Origin: Alphaproteobacteria bacterium
Lineage (GTDB): Bacteria; Pseudomonadota; Alphaproteobacteria; CAAGCB01; CAG-977
NCBI GenBank assembly: GCA_017539865.1
Contig: JAFYCE010000101.1
Span: forward strand, 7,089 to 71,088
Length of the DNA: 64,000 nucleotides
Direction of reading: 5' to 3'
Part shown: in pieces, positions 1 through 7,222 of the stretch
How positions within the stretch are numbered: position 1 is the first letter of the stretch
Layout of the letters: each line of letters begins with the position of its first letter
Notes under the pieces: generated by a model
Seen by the model: only the letters and a program-made list of their open reading frames with translations
The model's database searches: none
Told to the model about the DNA's origin: nothing
Position numbers and translations under genes: made by a program

Positions 1-87
1 CACTTTTTCCAAATTTATCAAAGACGGTTGTTTTTCTTTTTCATTCCAAATGAACTTTAATTTTCCGTTCTGATAGCCTTTATACAT
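1..87 (-). CDS. Hypothetical protein (N-terminal 29 codons only; gene runs off the window start). Probably phage/island-associated.
   Basis: The ATG at 87 overlaps the stop of the tail-fibre gene (TAATG). It reads MYKGYQNGKLKFIWNEKEKQPSLINLEKV to the window edge. Confidence 0.3.
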   Translation of the reverse strand, partial: MYKGYQNGKLKFIWNEKEKQPSLINLEKV

Positions 88-1748
88 TATTCTTCTCCTT
101 CTGCGTAGATAAATGAAACAACTGGTGTAGTTTGTCCGTAAGCGATTTGGACGCTTTCTCCCGCTTTTGCCGGAATATAAGCGGATATAGTTGAGCCTAA
201 CGTATAAGAATGATCGGAATCTTTGATAAAAGTTGAGAGGTTCTCAATATCCACAAAGGCAAAACTATTCACCTCAACTGTTCCGGAAATTGTAAAAAAT
301 CCGTTTGCTGGGGCGATGTAGGTTGCGAAAGAAGCACCTGTTACTACAATAAGCCTTTTGCTTCCGGGCATTCCCATTTTGGCCAGTTCAGAGGTTGGAT
401 ATGTATTGATTGTATCTATACTTCTGCTCGGCATCGAAACAATCGATCCTCCGCTGACAACGACTATTCCTAAGTCTGTGAAACCAATATCGGAAAAAAC
501 ATTAAAAGTGCTTTTCGTATTCAGCATCCCGTTCGCATCAACAACAAGATGAAGCGTATTATTTACTGCGACTGTCTGAACACCACTTGTTTCCCATATC
601 GTATTAGAACAAGTACCGTCCGAACTGATTGATTGTAAGGCCTGTCCTTTGATATGAGGCAAAACAAATACGGTTGAAGCAATACAACCGATTCCGTTGA
701 ATACTCGATCTATCTGAACATAAGACGAGCCCAAATAGGCAACTTGCGCGCATGGCAAATATACTTCGCCGACCGTTCCCAAATTATCGTTAAATCTTGT
801 TATCTTGGTGTTCGGATTATACCAAAGATACGGAGCCGCCGGTTCTGTTGTTTGGGAAAAGACATGTGTTAAATCCATTTCCCACAAATGACCCGTCTTT
901 GAAACAACCAGCAGTCCTTTTCCTTGAAATCCACCGTTTAAAGAAAGGTCTTGCTGAAGCCTCATATTGTTACCGTTCCCATCATAAACGACACTTCCTG
1001 CAGTTAGTTTTACAACTCCTGCCGTCAGAGAAATTTTTATGTTTTGTGGAACAGACAAAACACGGCTTGCTGTGTACGTTTTGTTAAATTCCGTCGTATC
1101 CATAATTTCCGCCCATCTTTTTGCGGAATGGATTCCATTGACAGACACGATTTCCTCATCCGTTCCTTCTGCCCAGATTCGGGCTTTATTGGCACTGCTG
1201 GAGGCTTGTGTTGCTTGATTTATCGCATCAGTAATAGCAGATATGTGAGTAGCCGCGGTATGAATAGAAGAAATATCGTCCGAAACTGTCGTCAACGATG
1301 AGATGTTTTGAGCCGCAACAACTATCTCGTCTTTGATACGGTAAAGTTTTTCAATTTTATCTACTAATACAGATGGATCAGAAGCTGAAAATAAGTCCAC
1401 CGTTACCGCCCGTTCCGCCTGCTCTTTCAGCTGTTGAATCTGCATTGTCAGCTTGTCGAAATTGCGTTCAAGCGTTTCAGCCGGCAAAACCTCGTTTTCC
1501 CGATAGTCCGTTTCCTGCGTCAACGGCACTTCGCGCATAATCACGATTTGCGCATCATCCGCCGGAGCCGTCGCAAAAACCATATTCCCGCCCGAAACCG
1601 TCCAATCCGTCCTTTCCGTCTGCACGTTGTTTAAAAGTTGTCTGACCTTTAAATGCTCCCTTTCCAAAAAAGGAAACGGGATTGCAAATGTTGTCGCAAC
1701 CCCGTTCCCGATATAAGCCACTTTGTTTGTTGTTGTACTTACCGTCAT
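87..1748 (-). CDS. Phage tail fibre-like protein.
   Basis: A 553-aa ORF with a GAGG RBS before the ATG. The N-terminal KVAYIGNGVATTFAIPFPF motif is typical of phage tail-fibre/tail-collar N-termini. There is a coiled-coil stretch followed by a Gly/Ser/Thr-rich beta-type C-terminal half. Confidence 0.5.
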   Translation of the reverse strand: MTVSTTTNKVAYIGNGVATTFAIPFPFLEREHLKVRQLLNNVQTERTDWTVSGGNMVFATAPADDAQIVIMREVPLTQETDYRENEVLPAETLERNFDKLTMQIQQLKEQAERAVTVDLFSASDPSVLVDKIEKLYRIKDEIVVAAQNISSLTTVSDDISSIHTAATHISAITDAINQATQASSSANKARIWAEGTDEEIVSVNGIHSAKRWAEIMDTTEFNKTYTASRVLSVPQNIKISLTAGVVKLTAGSVVYDGNGNNMRLQQDLSLNGGFQGKGLLVVSKTGHLWEMDLTHVFSQTTEPAAPYLWYNPNTKITRFNDNLGTVGEVYLPCAQVAYLGSSYVQIDRVFNGIGCIASTVFVLPHIKGQALQSISSDGTCSNTIWETSGVQTVAVNNTLHLVVDANGMLNTKSTFNVFSDIGFTDLGIVVVSGGSIVSMPSRSIDTINTYPTSELAKMGMPGSKRLIVVTGASFATYIAPANGFFTISGTVEVNSFAFVDIENLSTFIKDSDHSYTLGSTISAYIPAKAGESVQIAYGQTTPVVSFIYAEGEE

Positions 1749-1855
1749 TTTTACCTCAAATAAAAAAAGCAGGGATAATTCCCTGCCGGTTTACAATCAA
1801 CTCGATCCAAGATACAACAAATTGTGATTATTTTTATTAAAAAGTCAAGCTGTTT

Positions 1856-2575
1856 TTACCTTTCCCGTTCCGCCGATCTTCTCTGTTCGTGAAGCTCACG
1901 GAGCTGCCGGATCGTTTTGTGCTTACGCGGAATAACCATCTTTGTCAGAGAAAAATCTCTGTCCTGAAACCGTGTCGCCTGCATCTCCCAACCGAACTCT
2001 TTGGCGACTTCGACCTGGTGTTGCCGGAGCATTTGAAGTTGCGCTTTTTTGAACCGCAACCGCTCCCGACCGTTCGACATTTTCAACAGAATGTGTCCGT
2101 GTGTTGCGGATTGATGCGTATGAACGGCGTATAAATACCGATACCCTCTTTCCGCAAAAGGCTCCATATACCGTTCTATAAACCGATAGGCTTCGTCCTC
2201 GCTGATGTTCATTCTTTTCGGGAAAGATACGATCAGGTGAACCATCGCGTTCCCGTTTTTCCGCCGCTGTTCCAGATCATAAGCGTCTATCGCTTCGTTC
2301 AGCTTTTCGGTCGGAATCAGACGCCGTTCGTCGTCATAAACACGGGCGTCTTTCTCCATTCCTTCCGAGCCGTGCGCGATATAATGAGCGATGTTTTTCG
2401 CTCCCGTCGGTGATTTCACATAGAACGCGACTTTAACCATCGCTTCCGGCGGCGGCACTTTGAAAGAAAGCGTCGCCCTCTGTTTTGCGGGCGGCGAATA
2501 GTGAACCGGGAAGCGTTGACGTTCGACGTATATCCCCCGGATATGTTCGTCCAGCCAGTTCCGTTTATTCGCCAT
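1856..2575 (-). CDS. mobA: MOBQ-type relaxase domain protein (MobA-like, about 240 aa, relaxase domain only).
   Basis: Start re-set to MANKRNW (ATG at 2575). It has an N-terminal catalytic Tyr motif NIAHYIAHGSEG (compare RSF1010 ADYIQREG) and a three-His motif AVHTHQSATHGHILL (compare AIHAGGGENPHCHLMI). It overlaps the stop of the upstream mobC-like gene by 11 nt. Confidence 0.6.
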   Translation of the reverse strand: MANKRNWLDEHIRGIYVERQRFPVHYSPPAKQRATLSFKVPPPEAMVKVAFYVKSPTGAKNIAHYIAHGSEGMEKDARVYDDERRLIPTEKLNEAIDAYDLEQRRKNGNAMVHLIVSFPKRMNISEDEAYRFIERYMEPFAERGYRYLYAVHTHQSATHGHILLKMSNGRERLRFKKAQLQMLRQHQVEVAKEFGWEMQATRFQDRDFSLTKMVIPRKHKTIRQLRELHEQRRSAERER

Positions 2576-2936
2576 AATACGCCGCCAATAGTTTGTTGAT
2601 TTTATCCCGGAGCGCGTGAAGTTCACGGCAAACCTGCTGTAAATCCCGCAAAGTTTTTTCTTCAAGAGATTGTTTTTTTATCAGCGTCGTGTTCAAAGCG
2701 CGGACTGCTTGATTGGTGTTGACGCCGACTTTTCGGGCTTGTTCTTCAAGCTTTGTCAGCAACAAAATTTCGTCATAATGCGGGATTTTCATCTGATGAA
2801 CCCCCGCAAGAATGAACAACCGGATCAGGCGGGACGGACATTGTTTTTCGGCAACGAGCGCGTCCCAGATTTCTTTTTCTATTCTGAACGATTTACGCAA
2901 CATTGGCATTTTTAGCCTCGCAATAAAGTCGTTCAA
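2565..2936 (-). CDS. mobC: MobC-like relaxosome accessory protein.
   Basis: A small ORF directly upstream of the relaxase and translationally coupled to it. The motif KVGVNTNQAVRALN resembles the MobC signature (IGNNLNQIARxLN). The true start may be the internal MPMLRK. Confidence 0.5.
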   Translation of the reverse strand: MNDFIARLKMPMLRKSFRIEKEIWDALVAEKQCPSRLIRLFILAGVHQMKIPHYDEILLLTKLEEQARKVGVNTNQAVRALNTTLIKKQSLEEKTLRDLQQVCRELHALRDKINKLLAAYYGE

Positions 2937-3154
2937 GCGTGTGTGACGAAAGAAATTTTACAGCTGTTTGAGGGCGATTTCAAGGGCGGGTTGGCGGGGT
3001 GTTTTTCGCTCTTTTCGTCGGACGAAAAGGCTTTCCTGCAAAAAAGTAGCCCTCAAAAGAATCAATCCCTTGCGAATCAGCCTCAAACAGCCCTGAAACA
3101 GCCTAAAAACTGACCGCGCCCGCCCAACCGCCCTTTGTTGACGGCTTATTCAAA

Positions 3155-3188
3155 CGGTGTCGCCGCGTGTGCGGCGACCGATTTTTTT
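3155..3188 (+). terminator. Rho-independent terminator-like hairpin, orientated for the + strand.
   Basis: GTCGCCGC-gtgt-GCGGCGAC (8-bp stem) followed by CGATTTTTTT. It lies in the noncoding gap between mobC and the upstream minus-strand genes. Confidence 0.4.
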
Positions 3189-3202
3189 CGGGGAATACGG
3201 CT

Positions 3203-3475
3203 CTATTCGGAGCCGTATTCTTTCTCTATATCGGATATTTTCGGGAGAATCTCTTTTTGAAAATAAGCATCAAAGGCTTGGTTCAAGAAATGTTTTTCCA
3301 TTGAATAGAAAAACTCTGCCAGTTGCTCGTTTCTTGCAAGTTCCTGCATCGTTTCCCGATATTTCTCCGCCACTTCCCCGCCGTGAATGAAACAAAATAA
3401 AGCGGTGGAAAACTCAACATCTTTGCGTTCTTCAAAGTCGGGTAAAAACTCCTCGATTAAATCCCAATACAACAT
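3203..3475 (-). CDS. Hypothetical protein (90 aa), coupled to the upstream gene.
   Basis: The ORF starts 3 nt after the stop of the 3479..3892 gene. No recognisable motif. Confidence 0.4.
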   Translation of the reverse strand: MLYWDLIEEFLPDFEERKDVEFSTALFCFIHGGEVAEKYRETMQELARNEQLAEFFYSMEKHFLNQAFDAYFQKEILPKISDIEKEYGSE

Positions 3476-3478
3476 TGT

Positions 3479-3892
3479 TCAATCCTCCCTGATGACCTGA
3501 CCGACAGGGCAAGGCGTAAAAAATAAATCCAATTCCGCAAGCTCCAAAAGTTCGTCAACGGAGATGTATCCGGCCTCGAAACCATATCCGAAACTCGCCC
3601 AACCGAACGCCTGAATTTGCTTTTCGGCGGTGTCTTTTTCGACGATGTAGCCGTCATAGGAACCGACAAAATAGTGCAGTTGAGCCAAAGCGTTTTTGCC
3701 TTGTCCGTCCGTTTCATAGACTTGCGGCATCGTTTTGATTCGCTCGGCAAGGTTCAGGATAATGTCCGCGAACGCTCCGGCTTCCTCGGAATGATACAGA
3801 TTGTCGATAAGGGTTTGAGCCTGCCGAACCGGCATAAACGGTTTAAGGGTCGTTTTCATTTCGTTTAAGGCTTGGTCGAATTTATCGGTCAT
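3479..3892 (-). CDS. Conserved MGE leading-region protein of unknown function (possibly DUF2958-like).
   Basis: 137 aa with a GGAG RBS. Motifs LHYFVGSYDGYIVEKD and AFGWASFGYGFEAGYISVDEL recall a small family found beside ardC on plasmids/ICEs. It shares promoter, leader and the first 6 codons (MTDKFD) with ardC at 6058. Confidence 0.4.
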   Translation of the reverse strand: MTDKFDQALNEMKTTLKPFMPVRQAQTLIDNLYHSEEAGAFADIILNLAERIKTMPQVYETDGQGKNALAQLHYFVGSYDGYIVEKDTAEKQIQAFGWASFGYGFEAGYISVDELLELAELDLFFTPCPVGQVIRED

Positions 3893-4098
3893 TGTCTTGC
3901 TCCTTCTCTGTAAAAAGCACTTGGTTAAAGGGTTTTAGGCATCGCGCCTGAAACCCTTTCGAGGTGCTTCGTCGGAGAGAAGAAAGCGATTGTCATATTC
4001 CAAGAAAAACGGAGGGGTATCGCCCGTCTTGCAGCATTGCGAAAGTCGGGGAAACCGTTTTTCTTCCGTCAGGCGGAGGGAATTGACAATCAAGAAAA
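3875..4098. repeat. Copy A of a ~200-230 bp direct repeat (promoter/leader cassette); about 90% identical to copy B.
   Basis: Aligned by eye to 6041..6271. It contains the start codon plus 6 codons and RBS of the minus-strand gene, a 14-bp-stem hairpin at 3927..3959, and on the + strand a TTGACA box at 4086. Confidence 0.8.
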
Positions 4099-4143
4099 TT
4101 TATTGTCCACTTACTTAAGAAAAATACTGTTAAGGAAAAATCT

Positions 4144-4896
4144 ATGACAAAAATTCATTTTGTAAAAAAGCAAAGCGACATCATAAGAAATATAGAAAAA
4201 CTGTATGAGTATCTTGCTTCTTCCGATAAAACTTTATCTGATTTTGCTTTTAATCTTATGAAGCGAGGGCGAGCCTATGTCGCTTATTATGACGATAATT
4301 GTGATAAATGGCTTTTAGCTCCTAGTAGATTTGTCGGATACAAGAACAATGATTACAAAAAACATAAAATGAATGATGAAAAAGATGGAACAAGAACCTC
4401 TAAAAAAATAGACGAGATTTTAAAATGCGGATACAAAACTAACAAAAAATTAGAATCTCTTTTAAAAACGATTTTTGAAGTTCCTTCTTATAAAGAAGCT
4501 AAACTCCATTTTTGGATTTTAGGAGATGACAGAAAGCTTGATAAACAAACAATGGAAGAACAAGCTCAAAAATATATAGAACAAAAGAAATTAAAAGAGC
4601 ATATATTTTATGAAGGTCGTATTTCTGGAAAAATACGTAAAAAAATAATTGAACAATTAGGAACAACATGCGAAGCCTGTGGCAGAAAAATGGAAGAAAT
4701 ATATGGTGAAATAGGCAGAGGATATATAGAATTACATCATTTAAAACCTTTCTGTAATTTGGATATTGGAAAAGAAAGGGTAGTAACTCCTTCTGATTTT
4801 GCTGTTTTATGCCCGAACTGTCATAAAATGATTCATAAAACAAACGAAACAAGTGATATTAAAAAATTCAAAAAAAGAATAAAAAAATCCGTTTAA
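4144..4896 (+). CDS. McrA-like HNH endonuclease (putative modification-dependent or other restriction/defence nuclease).
   Basis: 250 aa with an AAGGA RBS. The C-terminal CEACG...IELHHLKP...LCPNCHKMIH matches the McrA-type HNH/zinc-finger pattern (CxxC..HH..N..CPNCH..H). The N-terminal 170 aa are unrecognised. The gene sits in a sharply AT-rich island (about 4100-4900). Confidence 0.6.
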   Translation: MTKIHFVKKQSDIIRNIEKLYEYLASSDKTLSDFAFNLMKRGRAYVAYYDDNCDKWLLAPSRFVGYKNNDYKKHKMNDEKDGTRTSKKIDEILKCGYKTNKKLESLLKTIFEVPSYKEAKLHFWILGDDRKLDKQTMEEQAQKYIEQKKLKEHIFYEGRISGKIRKKIIEQLGTTCEACGRKMEEIYGEIGRGYIELHHLKPFCNLDIGKERVVTPSDFAVLCPNCHKMIHKTNETSDIKKFKKRIKKSV

Positions 4897-4994
4897 ACGT
4901 AAAAGAAATTCTTTTTTCGGGCGGATTGCGAAGCAATCGGGCATGGCATCGGGCGAAAAACGGGGCAGATACAGAATCGTATCCGCCTGAATTT

Positions 4995-5159
4995 TTAGAA
5001 GTAATATGTCGTTTTTTCCAAGTCGTCGCGCTTATATCCCTGCGCGATCAGTTCGTAAAATTTGGACAGTTGTGCGGCTTTGCTGTGAAAGTCGAAATGT
5101 TCTTTTTCGTATCCGTCCGCGCCGTAAATCGTCAGTCTGAAAAAAGCAATCTTCATTGT
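4995..5159 (-). CDS. Small hypothetical protein (54 aa) downstream of ardC.
   Basis: Strong RBS AGGAGGAAGAACA-ATG. Reads MKIAFFRLTIYGADGYEKEHFDFHSKAAQLSKFYELIAQGYKRDDLEKTTYYF. Confidence 0.4.
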   Translation of the reverse strand, partial: TMKIAFFRLTIYGADGYEKEHFDFHSKAAQLSKFYELIAQGYKRDDLEKTTYYF

Positions 5160-5185
5160 TCTTCCTCCTCTTTTGAGGGAAGCGG

Positions 5186-6058
5186 TCAAGCCGCTTCCCG
5201 TCCGATTTCCTGGAATGTCAGCAGATAGTCAAAAGCCTTTTGCGCTTCGGAGCAGGCTTTGAAAATCGCCTTTTTGTCGTTCTTCAAAACCTTGAGCCAA
5301 GATTTCAAGTAAGCAAGGTTGTTTTTGCTGAATTGATAGTCATAACCCAAATATCCGGCGACAAATCCCGCGCCGATGTCGGCGATCAGTTCCTCAAAGG
5401 CGTAGGATTCATTTCCGAAACGGCCTTTCATATCCCGGTTTAAGCGGTTCTTGTGTCCGGTCGCGTGGATTGTTTCGTGCGCCAAAGTCGAAACGAAGCC
5501 GGTTTCCGTTTTGAAGTCTTTTCTTTCCGGCATTAAGACAACATTGTTTTTCGGGTCGTAGCCTGCCAAAGTCGCGCCGTAAAAATAAGAGATGTCCGTG
5601 TTTTCAAAAAACGCCATCACGTCCTTTTCAACGCTAAATTCGGCTTTTTCGATGTCTTCGCCGAATCCCTCGACTTGCGAACCGTTAAACACGGAATAAG
5701 CGCGGGCGACAAAAGCCTGGTTTTCGACTTCTTCGATGTCGCCGGTTTCGGTGTTTTCGACTTCGCATTTATAGGAAAGAGGTTTCCAGAAAACGATGGT
5801 CGTCGCCTTTGAGTCTTTCTTGACCTGATAGCCTTTATCCTGCCATTGGCGATAAGTTCCCCAAACGGACGAGGAAAAACCGTTGAACAAAGCGGCAAAG
5901 TTCAAAATCAGAATGTTGATGCCGCGATAAGCCTTTTTTGTCGTGATGTTCCGGGCAAAAGAGGAAATAAACGGCTTTTCCCATTCGCCGGAAAAGTTTT
6001 CCAAATGTTCGATGATGGTGTTTGAAACGGTTTCGATGATGTCGAATTTATCAGTCAT
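5186..6058 (-). CDS. ardC: Anti-restriction protein ArdC (ssDNA-binding N-terminal domain plus C-terminal HExxH metalloprotease-like domain).
   Basis: Start re-set to MTDKFD (ATG at 6058, RBS GGAG). Motifs YRGINILIL and HETIHATGH are characteristic of ArdC/DUF1738. The ORF-track start at 6262 lies inside the repeat/leader. Confidence 0.7.
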   Translation of the reverse strand: MTDKFDIIETVSNTIIEHLENFSGEWEKPFISSFARNITTKKAYRGINILILNFAALFNGFSSSVWGTYRQWQDKGYQVKKDSKATTIVFWKPLSYKCEVENTETGDIEEVENQAFVARAYSVFNGSQVEGFGEDIEKAEFSVEKDVMAFFENTDISYFYGATLAGYDPKNNVVLMPERKDFKTETGFVSTLAHETIHATGHKNRLNRDMKGRFGNESYAFEELIADIGAGFVAGYLGYDYQFSKNNLAYLKSWLKVLKNDKKAIFKACSEAQKAFDYLLTFQEIGREAA

Positions 6059-6271
6059 TTTGAAAGCTCCTTCTCTGTAAAAAGCACTTGTTAAAGGGTT
6101 TTTGGCATCGCGCCTGAAACCCTTTCGAGGTGCTTCGTCGGAGAGAAGAAAGCGATTGTCATATTCCAAGAAAAACGGAGGGGTATCACCCATCTTGCAA
6201 CGACACCGGAGCGAAAGTCGGGGAAACCGTTTTTCTTCCGTTAGGCGGCAGGGAATTGACAATCAAGAAAA
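6041..6271. repeat. Copy B of the promoter/leader cassette repeat.
   Basis: See copy A. Hairpin at 6093..6125 and a TTGACA at 6256. On the minus strand it is upstream of ardC; on the + strand it is upstream of the HU gene. Confidence 0.8.
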
Positions 6272-6338
6272 GGCTTTGCTTAAACCTTGAAAAAAGGATA
6301 ATCTGTGCTTCTGTTTATATTTGAAATGGAGTTGCATT

Positions 6339-6611
6339 ATGAACAAAGCAGAATTAGTGGCTGAAATCGCGAAGAACACCGGTTTGACGAAAGTTGATTC
6401 CGAACGGGCGACGGAAGCCTTGTTGAATACGGTTGCCGCGACCTTGAAGAAAGGCGATGAAGTTCGTTTGGTCGGCTTTGGCACGTTCAGCGTGACGAAA
6501 CGTCCAGCTTCGACCGGTCGCAATCCGCGCACGGGTGCGGAAATCAAGATTCCGGCTTCCAAACAGCCGAAATTCAAAGCCGGTAAAGGTCTGAAAGACG
6601 CTTTGAACTAA
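6339..6611 (+). CDS. hupB: DNA-binding protein HU.
   Basis: MNKAELVAEIA...GFGTFSVTKRPASTGRNPRTGAEIKIPA is the classic HU/IHF-family fold sequence. It is followed by a strong terminator. Confidence 0.9.
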   Translation: MNKAELVAEIAKNTGLTKVDSERATEALLNTVAATLKKGDEVRLVGFGTFSVTKRPASTGRNPRTGAEIKIPASKQPKFKAGKGLKDALN

Positions 6612-6631
6612 TAACCGGTTCAAAAACAGAT

Positions 6632-6666
6632 AAAGGCGTGTCCGTTCGGACGCGCCTTTTCTTTAT
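6632..6666 (+). terminator. Rho-independent terminator of the HU gene.
   Basis: GGCGTGTCCG-ttc-GGACGCGCC followed by TTTTCTTT. Confidence 0.7.
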
Positions 6667-6849
6667 ACCTGAAACGAGATTTCCGAGTTTTCCATTAAAT
6701 TTCCCAATAAGAAAAACAAGAAAAAGATAGTGTTTCCAAAGATTCGTTTGTTTTTGATTCCCTATTTTCCCAAATTCCGTTTTTCCGGGAGAACGAAAGA
6801 TGTGATTCGCATCAAATTTTTCTATTATTTTTTTGAGAAAAACAAAAAC

Positions 6850-6871
6850 GTGATAGAAAAGTGATAGAAAA
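6850..6871. repeat. Tandem 11-mer (GTGATAGAAAA x2) in the AT-rich gap between the HU gene and the tRNA.
   Basis: Two exact adjacent copies. Confidence 0.6.
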
Positions 6872-6907
6872 GTTCTGTTTTTCGCCGTTTCATCAAAACG
6901 TCCGGAA

Positions 6908-6940
6908 AAGAAAAAGCCCTTGAAAATCAAGGGCTTCTTA
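6908..6940 (-). terminator. Terminator hairpin immediately 3' of tRNA-Arg.
   Basis: On the minus strand: AAGCCCTTGA-tttt-CAAGGGCTT followed by TTTCTTTT. Confidence 0.6.
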
Positions 6941-6941
6941 A

Positions 6942-7018
6942 TGGTGATCTCGCCGCGATTCGAACGCGGGACCCACAGCTTAGAAGGCTGTTGCTCTATC
7001 CAGCTGAGCTACGAGACC
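6942..7018 (-). tRNA. argU: tRNA-Arg (anticodon UCU), argU-like.
   Basis: A 77-nt cloverleaf folded by hand: acceptor GGTCTCG/CGAGATC, D arm GCTC-AGCTGGATA-GAGC, anticodon arm ACAGC-CTTCTAA-GCTGT, T arm CCGCG-TTCGAAT-CGCGG, discriminator A plus CCA. The anticodon arm closely matches E. coli argU. Confidence 0.85.
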
Positions 7019-7222
7019 ACTGCGCCATTTTTTAAACCGAACGGCGTTTGATATCAAGTCTTTTTTCAAATAAAGGGAAAAATATCCGGCGAAAAAAGGT
7101 TTTACGGTTTGTCGGAAAAGAAATTTTTAACAAATGATATCTATCATTTAGAACAGTGGAAAAGTTTCTTTAAGCAACAGTGGCCGGCTTTTGTTGCTTT
7201 TATATTTTTTAAGGTGTTCGCC

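Noticed and set aside
6059-6262. The upstream 68-codon extension of ardC (start at 6262).
   Set aside because: The extension lies inside the repeated promoter/leader cassette shared with another gene. The conserved ATG (MTDKFD) with a GGAG RBS is at 6058.
6850-6871. Tandem GTGATAGAAAA copies considered as a possible CRISPR/array.
   Set aside because: Only two contiguous copies, with no spacers and no cas genes. It is a simple tandem duplication.
7109-7222. Upstream in-frame extension (MSEKKF...) of the autotransporter.
   Set aside because: The extension is AT-rich with no RBS and would place 38 extra residues before the signal peptide. The ATG at 7223 gives a typical extended autotransporter signal.
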